A stretch of DNA of 61,384 nt, the filler included, from Platydemus manokwari (taxonomy: Eukaryota): the NCBI GenBank assembly GCA_037951405.1. It is 6 parts of 6 records of this genome, joined end to end, with 100 filler letters (N's around TTAATTAATTAA, not from the genome) between each part and the next. Parts side by side here need not be neighbours in the genome. Positions count along the whole stretch, not along the records: positions 20,300 to 29,815 come from JBBMOY011238098.1; positions 29,916 to 40,845 come from JBBMOY011042189.1; positions 40,946 to 50,045 come from JBBMOY011299428.1; 3 more parts are not named here. One strand, written 5' to 3'. This document shows, in pieces, positions 28,451 through 41,289 of this stretch; positions within the stretch are counted from its first letter, which is position 1; each line of letters opens with the position of its first letter. Below the pieces are notes generated by a model. The model made no database searches, was not told the DNA's origin, and worked only from the letters and a program-made list of their open reading frames with translations. The translations under genes and the position numbers were made by a program.

Positions 28451-29741
28451 CACATAATCGGCATCTGTAACCTCGTTACCTTCATTCGACTTACATATTT
28501 CGAGTCTTAATAATTCTGATATCCGCATTATGACTCAATTAATTGGTCTCTACTAATTTATATATTTTTGCAAAAGTGGATTTTGCAACGAATCTAATTC
28601 GATTATTTTATATAATTCTTTCATCATGGCTTGAGTTGACCATAACATCATATTTTTTATACTTCTCAAACAAATTAACACATGTAGGAAAATATTCGAA
28701 ATGAAGATCAAACAAAACCGATGTTTTGATTGGGCCAATACTCACATTGAGTTGCATTTTACCTTCACATTTTCTGTTGTGAACTTTGCATGAGTAAATT
28801 TAGTATTGGATTTATGTTTTTATTAATGATTGTGTTTTAATCATTTTCTCTCCGGATTCTTTGCTAATATCGTTTAAATTCACATCAATATTGTCCATTA
28901 TATTCACCTTCTATTTATTCACATTACATTCGATGAAAGGCTAATTTTTGCTTTTTGAGGTCTTGACTCTGAAATCACAGCACCCTCAATTTTTCGTAAC
29001 TATCCAGTTAAGATATTTTTTCAAATGGTTCCGCTGTTTTTGATATAGATTTGAAGTTTTTGATCAATGTAATCGATCTTTGTTGCAGCACAGTTTTATA
29101 ACCATGTTAACTTCGAGTCTGTTCGAACATCCTGAATCACTGTTCTACGTGTGATCTAAATCGCTGTATTCTGACAGTTTGTCGTATTGTACGCGAGTCA
29201 ATTTCTTTAGCTGACAAAATCTTACCCCATGGTTTCCACCGTAGTTGATCGTCGATGTGACTACTTATAAAATCTTGTTTGTTACAATTATAACACGTTC
29301 ATATATAGTCAAAGTTTTTATGATCTTTTCTGTGTTTTCATCCCATATTTTGAAACTTCTTACTTATTCAATTTCCTTTCTAAGAATCTCATTTTAAGCT
29401 TTTAGGGTTTTAAGGAAATCCTGCTCATGTCAAAGAACACAAAATCATTTTCATCGTCATATAAAGACTTTTTAACGCTATCTTAGATGTTTTCTATTTC
29501 TTAATTCAACTTTCTAAGTTGAGAAATCTAAAATTTTTTAGCAACCTTTCTATTTAGCTAGGAATTTTTTTTGTCAGGTTTTTATTTTGTCAGATATTTA
29601 TTATGAATTAAATTTTAATTTAATTCAAAACAATTTTAATTCACATTTTTTTCGAATTTTATTCAGATGAATTTCTAATTTTATAAACAAATTAAATTAA
29701 TGTAAAATTAGAAATATTTGTTAAAATATTTGGATTTAAAA

Positions 29742-29772
29742 TATTAGGTTGGTGCAAAAATAATGGCCTTTT
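29742..29772 (+). mobile_element. Mariner-like terminal inverted repeat with TA target site
   Basis: TA-TTAGGTTGGTGCAAAAATAATGGCC closely resembles cecropia/Hsmar1-type TIRs; the element runs into the gap. Confidence 0.65.
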
Positions 29773-29815
29773 TTAAATTGGCTTTTCATTTTTAAATATT
29801 AAATTGAAGATCTTA

Positions 29816-29915
29816 NNNNNNNNNNNNNNNNNNNNNNNNNNNNNNNNNNNNNNNNNNNNTTAATTAATTAANNNNNNNNNNNNNNNNNNNNNNNNNNNNN
29901 NNNNNNNNNNNNNNN
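29816..29915. other. Artificial contig spacer
   Basis: N44-TTAATTAATTAA-N44. Confidence 0.97.
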
Positions 29916-29963
29916 ATAAATCGATGGCAAAACGTGATGGCAAATTTTTATTTACAATTTTGT

Positions 29964-29989
29964 CCGCGAACTTTATTTACAACCTAATA
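29964..29989 (-). mobile_element. Mariner-like terminal inverted repeat with TA target site
   Basis: Reverse complement reads TA-TTAGGTTGTAAATAAAGTTCGCGG, a mariner-type TIR start. Confidence 0.55.
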
Positions 29990-31651
29990 TTATTCTGGTG
30001 TTAGTGTGATTTGAAAATCGTTAATAACTTTTTAATAACTTTATAATAATCTTTATAAACATTTACGTTGGTTAATGTAATGTAGCGAAGCGGGGGAAAA
30101 GGTGAGGAAGAGAGAGTGGCAAATTATAAATAAGAATAAAATAATAATAGCAAGAATAAATAGTAAATAAATATTGATAAAAGTGCATTATGTTATCCGA
30201 AAAAATATTCGAAGAATGTCGACAAATTTATTGTCGACGGTAACAATTTTAAAAAAATAGAAGGCGGAAGAGGGCAAAGAAAAGTATAAATAGAGCCGGC
30301 CGCCACAATAACTACACCAATCACAACAAACACACTAAACACAAAATCGATATAATTTCAATAATCAAAGAATTTTGTATCACATGGAACGGAAGAGAAG
30401 AAGATTAATTCGGAAGGGATTTATTTTCATATCAAGCGGACTTGCAGACAATTAAGAAAACTGATTTTCACAGGGAGATATTTTGTCTATCAACAGGATT
30501 AACTTTTATGGGAGTAAGCATCATTTAAATTTTCCGTGTCGTTTTTCATAATCATTAAGTAAAACAGTAATTTTATTATAACTGCAACGTAAAATATTAA
30601 TTATAATTGCATGAATTATTTTTTAAATTAAATTTTCCAACAATCTCTCTTCTCTGTACTGCACATCTTTCCTCCGTCCGCTTCGGACTCCACTGGCTAC
30701 TTGCTGAGGCAACGTGCAGGCTATTTGAACTATATTTTTGTTGTTAAATTTTCCTGCTGGGTTGTTTTATTTTTACTTCTAAAAATATATCTATTCTACA
30801 ACGATTATTGTATTTATTTGAGTTAATCATAACAGATAATTAATCATAACCATTAAAATCTAACAGTTTAACTTATATCATTGTATATCGATCAATTGGA
30901 TTTAGAAAATTGATTGATTTAATATTACAGCTTTCGATATCAGTGTTGGGTATCATCGCGAAGAACTCAGTCATCCAAATCTTCATACCCGTTATTGAAG
31001 CCCCTTAGGAATCAGTTAAAAAACAACCACCAAAAAATCATTTAATAAAATACTTGCTACAAATGGGACAACAGATGGAATCCTGCTAGCCTGTTCTAAG
31101 TAGTATCTGGTGAGTGATTCTAAGAGATAATTCAACTAGCAGAACTCGCGCTATTGAGTGATGATTAGAACCGGAGTAATGATGATTCCACCAATAATCC
31201 GACTTTAATCAGTGAATAGGTTGCGTGTAGTTATTCAGGTACTGTTAAATATAATAATGATATGAATAATAACGAAATCGTAATACAAAACGTTTATTAT
31301 AATAAAAATTAACGAATATGTCGTGCAAGAATTTGACAGAGAGTAGTGTCGCGTCCTGAAGAGTTTAAAACAAACCGACGTAAGAAACTAAGTGCCACGC
31401 CTTACTTCGGACAATAAACTAAAGGAGATGTGATTTTAACTTGTTAATTTAAGATGATGTTTCAAATCCTTGCGGCTTTACAGCATACGGATGGCTCGGT
31501 AAAAATGCTTCCGCCTTTGTCCCGCTATATGATTTTGAGTAAGAGTATCAGTACAAACTCTGATATAATTAATTACAAAAATTACCGATTGCATTCCAAA
31601 ATTTGATGAGACTTGAACGCTTGATATGTATAAAGATTCCAACGCACGAAC

Positions 31652-31885
31652 ACAGTGAGGTTTTGATGAATATAATTTTCCACAATAAGACCTCGCAAAA
31701 AATATCCAATTTACGATTGGGTGATGAATAAATTGTTGAGGCAAAAATTCTGTAGAAGGTATATTCCAAATTATGAATACAGTGAGGCTTGATGATATAA
31801 GTTTCCGCAATAAATCCACGCAAAAAATAACAATTTAGGATTGCGGTGATGAATAAATTGTTGAGGCAAAATTCTGTAGAAATTT
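31652..31885. repeat. Two-copy tandem duplication, period ~125-127 bp
   Basis: ACAGTGAGG at 31652 and 31779; exact 27-mer GGTGATGAATAAATTGTTGAGGCAAAA at 31720 and 31845. Confidence 0.85.
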
Positions 31886-32255
31886 TAAATCCCAATCAAT
31901 GATGTATTGAGGTAAGAAATTTTGTGGCAAATCGCCTATGTCGCCCACTATTTTCTAGAAATTTTGATGTGGGCGTGCGTGGGATTTGATGATGGAATTT
32001 TTCGAATTTGGTGTTGCCATGGTGATATATTAAATCACCACGGTGATGTTTATTTCAATATTATTATTATTATTGTCACCATGGTGACGTATCATGATTT
32101 TAATTATTATTTTTATTATTATTAAATTTTCCCAATGATGTGGGCTGGTGTGGGAGTACGTAGGAAGGATGAATATATTTCTTAGATGTATTATTATAGA
32201 TTTTATATTATATTTTATATTTATTATTATAGATTTTATATTTTGGTTCCCAACA

Positions 32256-32650
32256 CTATATTTATTCTAAAATGTATCGCTAAATCTTTCATTTCCGTTC
32301 CCTTGAAAACTCTAACCCAATCAGTGAGCACTGATTTTGAAACATCGTTCCTAATTATCTATAATGGATTTGGAAATACTTGCCTCGTCTTGACGAATGA
32401 GTGACACTAAGCTTAATAGCTTGCTGAATCTATACGCAATAACCAACAGTTACTTGGTATTAGTCATAAATTCCCCAAAGTGTGCAACATCAACAACGAT
32501 ATGTTCCAATGGACCAAACTCTTTCCTTGAAATCGTAACTTCTTTAGTCCATCTAGTGTATAACTTCCGTTTAGCACAGATATCAAAATTCTGTACGTCG
32601 TGTTCAATGATTCGTGACATATTTGTCCAGAAGTAAATCTGTGGAATCCG
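32256..32650 (-). mobile_element. Gypsy-type integrase fragment
   Basis: YFWTNMSRIIEHDVQNFDICAKRK...FGPLEHIVVDVAHF...LLVIAYRFSKLLSLV...LTDWVRVF (zinc-finger end and first catalytic Asp region); homologous to 35303-35850. Confidence 0.75.
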
Positions 32651-34259
32651 ACCTTTCCAGAGACTAAAATATAACATATGCACAAATATATATAAGAAGA
32701 AAAAAAATTTGAAAAAACATGAAAATTTTAATTATAAAAAATGTTTACTTTTGACAGAAAAATAAAACAAACAAAATTCAAAATTTTATAAAAAATTATT
32801 TAAAAATAAATAAAACAAAAATTTAGTTTATCTACAATAATTTCTTTTGCTTAAACGACCTCAAGGTCAACCAGATAGGACCCAAGGTCAAAAGAAGAAA
32901 ATAATTTCAAAAATCTATTTTTAGCAATCACGTCATTGCTAAAAATAGTGTAGGTCAATTTAGCAACTCAAGTATCTAAAAACAGTAGGTTGTTGCTAAA
33001 TTTAGGCATGGCGTCTAGAGAGTTTCTAAATTTAGAAACAAAAGAGAACAAAAAATAAGCACACTAACAATCGATTCAACAAGCAATCATGAATTTTATT
33101 ATTTGGAAGAAAAATTTGATTTGAGAAGCATTCCACGGACGAATATCATTTATCGATTATTGAAGAGTAAAAGAAACTTTCCAATTAATTATTGTTAAAG
33201 AAGCGAACGACAGCCAATTTGAACCTATATGACAATGATGAGTACACGTTTATATTTTTATAACGTGCCCACAGCTATCTCGATAGTCCACAATAGTATC
33301 TTGAAATGTACATTTAAATTTGATTGATTATTAATAAACGTATTTCATCGCAATTGTTTAATAATTTATTTTCTGTATATTCTCATATTTTACCTATATT
33401 TATATTTTAAATATTATTATTATTAACGCACGAGAGTGATTTGAACACTTCCTACGTATCTGATTAGAGCAGATTCTGTTAGGAACCAGATCTCAACCTA
33501 CTTTTATAATATCCTAAATCCGATTGTTATATTTTATCTTACAGTTATAACACCAAAATTTTGATTTAACTTCATTTAGTATCATCTTATCTCATAAAAC
33601 CCCAGCATTTTTTTGAAAAATCGAACAGGACGTGTTGAGACCTCCGAAAAGAAAACATCTCGATCTATTCGTTCAATTTTCGGGAGTCTGAACACAGCCC
33701 ACAATTTTAGTTGATTATGTAACTGAATTGGGATTATTTATTTTTAGGACTGACGCAGTTGCCAAAAATAGATTGGATGAACAATTTATGACCTTGAGGT
33801 CGCAATGATAATTAATTATTTTGAAGCACTCAAACAAATATAATTTTTGATTAATTAAAACACATTTTGTTTTTACTATTTTTTGTGGTATATTTATAAT
33901 TTTCAACCTAGTCATTTCTACAATTTGCGACTTATTTTTTTCTTTTGGTTGGGTCAAAATGACCCGGTTAGTTTCAATATATTGGACAAGAAATAAAAAA
34001 TTAAATTTTTCCAATATGTGAAAATCTATAGAAATTTATACATACTTTTTCTTAGATTGTTTTAATTGTTGCAACAACTTTTGAGGCTCTAACTAAAATA
34101 GCTAAAATTGATTACAATGCCGCTATAAAAAGTAAATTACCATCTTCTATTTGTGTTTTATAAACTTCTTTGTTATAAATGATCGTATATAGTTCGTTAA
34201 TAAGTTTTTATTTATTAATTTTTCTCCATCATAATTAAATAATTTTTGTTTCCATTTTT

Positions 34260-34955
34260 TACTACTTGTTTTAAAAGTTTTCCATCATCACTCTTTTAAT
34301 TAATGTTTCAACAGTTTTTTCTTCTAATATACCACAATAAGCTTTGCATTTTAAATCTGATTATTAATTTCAATTGATACTGTACAACGATTAATTTTCA
34401 TCTTGAGCTTTAATATCAAAACAAAATATTGAGCATAAATTCTGAAAATTTAACATGTTCGATTGAGGATTTTTTAGAACTCTTTACATAATGTAAGATA
34501 AGCATCATAAGAAGCATCCTGATTATTACTTGTGATATCAACTTGCATTTTATTATCCGGGTAGTTACTGATATTCAATCTAACTTTTAATCATTTTATA
34601 TATTTATCATTTCCAATATTTTGAATGAATTTTGAATTATTTTTAGTAAAGCTAATTTCTGGATCTTTAAACCCAATTATAACATATCTCGGTCTATTCT
34701 TTAATAAAGCTACTTTCCATGTATAAGTTTGTGACTATTGAATATCAATTAGATTTGGAAGTCAATTTAAATAAGTAACTTGTACTAGTTTATCAGTTCG
34801 ATCTCTCTGAAATAATTCAAGCTCACTCTTCGAATTTTGGGATAATTCGGACATACAAAATTCTAATGATTTGATAGTTAATTTTGCTTCACCTTTTTGT
34901 TTGGTAAAGTATTTTCTTATCATCTGTATTTCTGTTTAAGGTTAACTTAATCATC
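34260..34955 (-). mobile_element. Pseudogenised Polinton/Maverick-like virus double-jelly-roll major capsid fragment
   Basis: One frame over 34920-34477 with three stops: KLTIKSLEFCMSEL...TYTWKVALLKNRPRYVIIGFKD...SKF...LKVRLNISNYPDNKMQVD...SYDAYLTLCKEF. After a frameshift: SIFCFDIKAQDE...AYCGILEEK. This matches my recollection of the invertebrate DJR-like capsid motif series (W-V..KPRYVI.GF, V.LN...YP...L..D, .F.FD.S.Q.E, AYC.I..D/E). Confidence 0.65.
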
Positions 34956-35302
34956 ATCAAAAATTATGGTCTGTGAGCATTAATTAAATAATCTTAAAAT
35001 TTCAAAAGAATTTAAAATAATTTTTAAATCAATTTTAAAACCATTATTTAAATAATGTTATTAAAATAAAAAGATTATTTTGAATAATATATATAATAAT
35101 AAATTTTAATATTTTAAAATAATTTTAAAAGTATTTTAATATTGTTTTATATAAACTTGATTAAAATGGATATCGAAACTTTCCGGAATTAAAATTTGTT
35201 TAAGTAATTATATAAAGTTTTGTAATTAAAATAAATTTCAAGAAAATGAGTTCTTCTGTTGAAACTTCAATAACAAGCGAAGTAGCTGCTACTAACAAAC
35301 AC

Positions 35303-35850
35303 GAAGTACGGAGTTATGATATTTGTGTTAGACGGATGGTTTGCACTGAACAAACAAAGTAAATTATGATTTCAAGGGAAGAGTTTGGTTCTCAGAAACA
35401 GATCGTAGTTGATGTTGAGCACTTTTTGACAATTTATGACTAAAATCAGATATTTATTGGTTATTGTAGATAAATTCAGTACATTAGTAAGCTTGGTGCC
35501 ACTTATTTGGCAAGATGATATAAGTATATCGAAGTCTATCATCGATAAATGAATCTTTAGTTAAGGTGCAATAAAATCAATGCTCATCGATTAGGGTAGA
35601 GTTTTCGAGGGGAGGAAAATGAAAGATTTAGTGATACATTTTGGAATAAAGTCCCATATTAACATCAGGCATATGGCTTAGGTGAAAAGATGATTAGGAC
35701 GGTGCGAGACATTATGGTAACTACAATGGCATCAAAGAAACAGGCTTAGAATAAATTAATAGTTTGAATAGAATTTATCATAAATGCCACATATCAAAGC
35801 TCATTTCAACATTCTCATTATGAAATATTGTTTGGACAAAGAATTGACAT
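35303..35850 (+). mobile_element. Gypsy-type integrase fragment
   Basis: QIVVDVEHF...RYLLVIVDKFSTLVSLVP...SMLID*GRVFEG...HQAYGLGEKMIRTVRD...INATYQSS...YEILFG (DDE core through C-terminal motifs), with stops and frameshifts. Confidence 0.8.
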
Positions 35851-38649
35851 GCATAGGTAACGACTAAACGAACCAAGCCACTACGACACACGATTTGATT
35901 ATTATGTTTTAAAACTTACACCTAAAGAAAATATTGAAATATTATAAATTGACAGATAGTTTTGTTTTAATCATTGTAACCGAAATATATTTGTTAGTAG
36001 CTGTTACTTCACTTGCAATTGATGTTTCAACAAAAGAATTCATACTTACGATTATCTTAAATTTTATTTAATTACAAATAAAACATTTTTCAAACAAATT
36101 TATGGAGAGCTTTTTCTATTTTTTAATCTTTATCAGGCATAGATATAAATACTTATTTTAAACAATCAAATATAAATTGAATTTTAATTTAAATTTTAAA
36201 ATTCTTTTAATTAATCCTCACAAACACAAAGAACCAATTTTGTCCAATGTTCATATTATAAAAAAAACATGAACACCCATAAAAATTATAAAAATATTTC
36301 ATTTGTTACGTTTTGGGGTCACTGCTTTTATTTCTTTTTTTTCTTATTTGAATTGATCGAAATCTACGACTTAATCAGTTCTCAGAATCCGTTTTGACCC
36401 TCAGATAGTAATATGACGTATTATTATTGATATTGCTTCGCCTCGACGTACTCAACCTATGCGAAGATAAGTGGAACGGCGTAGAAATCGATTTATTTAA
36501 TTTAAACCCTATCAATGGTCTCTTCTTATGGTCTCAACAATGTTTTTGTTTTTGTTACCAGTCTTAATTATTTTAACAATGCACATGGATAACCTCAAAA
36601 GGTGGTGAATAATAATGAAATGTTTAATAATGAATTTTTGAATCCCAAGAGCTAAATTCTAAATGAATATCAAAACTAATTTTTTTAACACCTAAATATG
36701 TATTAGAATTCAATATTACAAATTCAATACTTTTGTGCAAATTATAATTTTTAAGCTACTTATGTTCACATAAACGATGGAATTTATATACCATTCAGGG
36801 AAGCAGGTTGTGCACCAACAAGACCCTTCGTGAATATTGGGTAAGTGTCCTTTTCAAGAATTTTTTCCGAGCTCGGCTCGATAAATAGGGAGAATATGCG
36901 ATATAAATATTAATATATGATTTTAAATGTATTGTCTTACTGTTTGTTGTTCCTGTAGAAAATATTGGGTATATCCTAATCCCGGTCCCGGTAATGAATG
37001 ATCTTGGATCTTAGGTTCTGGTTCTTCTTAACTATTGTGCAGTGCGTGTAATGATTGAGGTTACTGCCTTATATATTAGCAATGGTGAGTCATTCGCAGA
37101 TATTTTCTGCGAATTTTATATAAAGTAGTGCATATATGTTTATTGCACCGGAATTTATCGTGGAAGAGAGAAATTCTCTGCAATTAAATGCACGGTAATT
37201 TATTTTTATTTAGTGCATGAATATTAATTGATTCTAACTGGATTCTAACTTATTCTGTTTGATTATTTCATGGATAAATTCACTATATGTGTCGTTTTAA
37301 TGAGTGAATTTATTATAAGGTAATTTTAGTGTTTTTAACTTATTATATAATTGCCGGGTTAAAATTATTTATGGCCATTATTATTTTGGGTTTAAATTAT
37401 ATATTATATTATATTATATTCCTGTTGGTCACAAAATCTCCCTGAATTCTCATCATATTAAAATTTCATGCAATAATAAAAATTATACATTATTACATGC
37501 GATTACTGTCTGACATAGACCCCAAAAGCAACACATTTATTTAGCCAATATTTTAGTTATAAAAACTAAAAAACTTTTTTGTCTTGAATATCATGAATCA
37601 TTTCCAATATTGATTAGTTTTATTTTGAAGATTAAGTGGAAAATATCTTTCAATTTTTTCGTACATTGATTTGTTTCGTATTATGCCAATATTGTTTCTT
37701 CTAACTTTGCAACAGAGTCATCATCATTGCCTTGCAATTCTTCTACTTCTCTATTAGATCAAATAAAAGTTGTTCATCAATTTTTGGATTAATTTCAAAA
37801 CATAAAAAAATCAGTGTTTAATTCTTCAACGAAAGTATTTTCAAGAAACTAATTAAAACAATTAGAGTTAGCTGTGGATTTAATCATATACTTTTCAAAT
37901 CCAAACCGCGGCTTGATACGCGTCAATATTTGCTGCATTCCTATTGTACAACTTGGAATCAAAATTAGATTATGTACTTCTTTTATTAACAATTCTTAAA
38001 AACCTTTATAATATTTGGTTAAGAAATTGAATAAAAAATGACGCATTTTATTAGGAACAAAATAATTCAATGTTTCTCATTGCATTGGCGAATGGCTCGC
38101 TATCTAATAATGATACGATTTTAATTCCCCCTGGTTTCTGTCCACTATTTAAATTGAAAACCAATCCTAAAAATTGTTCACATTATTTAAGACCTTATAT
38201 TCGAATTGTAAAAGTTTTCGATGTTAAAATGTTTAAAACAAAAGGGTTTCTTTGACTTGCCCATTATTATTGGCTTTGATGACTCTTCTAACATATTAGT
38301 TTTCAATAGTATAGTTATGTCACCTTTAGAAAATTTACTACTTGGAAATTGCACATGTTCTATTTAATGAACTTTTCCATTATTGAACTTTTTAAAGCAA
38401 CCCTGATCTTTATCAAATAATTATAACAGCTTCTGTTTTTTATCAATGGTTTATTAGTTTATTTTTTGCTCTAGACTTATATCTTTCATGTTCACAATAG
38501 ATGGAAATAAATCAGTTATACTTCAAGAATCCTTATTGGAAATAGGGTATTAATAAAAAGACAAATTTTTTAACACTGGCTTCGGCTTACATAAAGCTAC
38601 ACTCCTAAAGTTGAAGTAATATTGGAAAACATATTTTCTACAGATTTTG

Positions 38650-40400
38650 ATGATTTTCCAGGCCTCCAAGGAATGTAATTAGATTAATATTATGATCAAA
38701 TATGAGCAGGAATTTTGTAATGAAATGAAATTTATTTATCTCCTCACCTCTGGTGCTATTTCGAATTTTCTTGTAATCTATTGGTTCAACTTCAATGACG
38801 AAATGTATGTGACGAAGTTAATGTAGTTTTTTAATATGATTGAATCAAATTGCTCCTTGACTTCACCCTGAATACATAAGATTCTTCTTTGTGTTCCGTG
38901 TCTGGCATCTTGAAATAGAACGGTCTGAAACGATGGTCTTCTTGTTCTCATATTAAACGCTTGTGCCTTAGGAGGCACTGGGTTCTGAAATGTCTGCACG
39001 CAAGCGTTCTTCTTTTGAGTCTGACATGCTTCGACACGTGTTGTACAGTTTCTTGACCATATGTCTCATCGGATACATTGGTCAATCTCTATCTAAGATG
39101 AACTTCTGTTCCAACGCTACAGGCTCGGAGTTTTGTGTTCTAAGAGAATAAGGTGGTTTATAACCCCTGGTCTCAGTGCCCGCTTTTTTGGAGAGTTATT
39201 CCACCAGTTAGCACTTCCAGTTTTTGCAGCTTGAGCATAGCTATCTCTACGAATTTCATTGATTACCTTGGAATATAGTTGCATACTTTGTTCCCGATTA
39301 ACAAAAACCCTCGCAGCACTCCTAACTTCCGATAATTCCATGTCTGGTTTTAGGTCACGAGCATTTTTTAAGCCACTCGATCGTGTTATCTTGCTGATGC
39401 TGTCTTTTACGTCCGAATCCTGCTTTACTTCGCAATTCATTACTGACTCCATCATTCTGCAGACCCTTATCTCAAAAGTGGTGAAACATTTGCTCTCCGA
39501 TTGTTGAACATTTTGCTAGCTCGACATTCATATCCATTATGAATATTTTTTATTATGAATGTTTCTTCAAACCACGATTTAGTTGTCAATTCCGTGATGT
39601 CATCCTATTTAAAAATTATTCCATAGTATGCTGTTTCAGCTGAAAGTAGTAAATCAAATGCACTAACGAGATTCAGGATATTAATCAACAGCCTTTTCTC
39701 TGTGACCCTTATCCATTTGCGACCTCTTTAGCGTTTCTGCCATCGAACTTACGAATATTAAAATTTAGGATGTCCTGTGCTTGTTGTGGCAAGCTCTCTA
39801 ATAATTTTTTCTTCTGTTAATTTTTGGTTATTGTATTTACTCGAATGGTGCCAGTTACATTTAAAAATTTCCATTTATTTCCAAAATTGCATATTTTTGT
39901 GAATCACTTATTTAAACAAATATCACATTATTTTACCAAGTAACTCTTCCAAATCAATTTTGATAAAATACACTTATGCCAAAGTTCTTTGGAATTCTCG
40001 ATACAGTTGTTGAAATCGATTTCCTGAATGGCTCGCAATATCTTCTTTGCTTCAGTTTTTATCTCATTAATCCAGCAAAAACGGTGTTCTCAGATAGTCT
40101 CTCGTAACGATGTGTGTTTCATTTAGTCTGGATAGTCAGAAATAATTGTTTAACCGACATTAAGACATCGCAATTTATCCAAAAACCCGATAGTTCTTGG
40201 TACCAAATGAAGTTTGGCTCGATTGAGACACAAAATATCTTATAAAATGAAATTTTTACAACATCAGCCAGGTCTCTAATTATCTATCGATGATTTTCAA
40301 ACACAATATCTTCGGTTCTCTTTACGTGCCGATAAAATTTGTAGTCGCCTGGAAAATGGTTCGTCTTCAACACGCTTCCCAAACATATTAGAGCATTTTA
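38650..40400 (-). mobile_element. Decayed RLE-type (R4/Dong/NeSL-like) non-LTR retrotransposon
   Basis: In order on the minus strand: DN*RP...YKIF (cf. RT NYRPI..YKI, ~40280), KYAILEING (~39885), then GQETVQHV...ACQ (cf. zinc-knuckle ETxxHIxxxC, ~39040). ORFs 39117-39455 and 38778-38999 lie within it. Confidence 0.5.
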
Positions 40401-40845
40401 TACCACTTTTATGCTCTTGTTTTCGACATAGCCTAATCACAAAGGGAATTCTGAAACATCTTTGGCATTTCTGCAGCATTAAATTTATCAATTTTTTTGT
40501 ATCAAATAAACCCAGGAAATACAAATTAAAAATTTTAGGTCATATATTAACATATAAGTGATAAAATCATTTATGTCCGCCATCATGTCTAGAGAAATAT
40601 TACACTCTTTTCACTATTCAGATTCATTATATCATGAATCATTGCACACTTTACCATCGTTTCATCAATCTGGCTTCCATTTTTCAAAGTTGTAGTACTG
40701 TAAAATCCCGAGTATAAGCTGCAGCTAATACGTACATAACGGCAACATTTTTGAATTGCAGCTAATAAGATGTGCAGCTTATACAACTAAAAAACAATTC
40801 AAATCGAAGATAAGATTATTTATTTCAATTTTCAAATATAAACGA

Positions 40846-40945
40846 NNNNNNNNNNNNNNNNNNNNNNNNNNNNNNNNNNNNNNNNNNNNTTAATTAATTA
40901 ANNNNNNNNNNNNNNNNNNNNNNNNNNNNNNNNNNNNNNNNNNNN
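40846..40945. other. Artificial contig spacer
   Basis: N44-TTAATTAATTAA-N44. Confidence 0.97.
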
Positions 40946-41289
40946 TCAAAACCCCACACAAAAAAAACAACCACCTCAAAAGCTATAAGGTGTGTCAAAA
41001 ATTATGATGACCAGTATATAAACAATGAAAATTTAATTAAAATATTTCCTTTAATTTGATGTATAAATCATTAAAATTGGTTCAGTGGATCAAAAGTTAA
41101 TAATTTTATATAATATAATATTTGTTTTACTGTATCAATTTTTTGACACAAAATTAGAGTAATCGCCAAAAAAACGGTAACTTAAAGTTATTTTTTTTCT
41201 AAAATTATTTTACGAAAATGATCACGAAAAAGCTCAAAAATCGCGATGGTGAAATCGAGGTTGGACTTTTCATGATAATTTTTACACAC

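Noticed and set aside
30066-30642. Solo-LTR-like segment, with a similarly organised region at ~3260-3790
   Set aside because: TATA-like box and CA end present, but no clear TG start or target-site duplication.
31652-31885. Repeat-spacer-repeat pattern as a CRISPR array
   Set aside because: Only two copies, the intervening sequence is itself homologous, and the context is eukaryotic with no cas genes.
37640-38640. Possible hAT transposase remnant on minus (EQFLGL, FVP..H)
   Set aside because: Motifs too short and frames too broken to call by eye.
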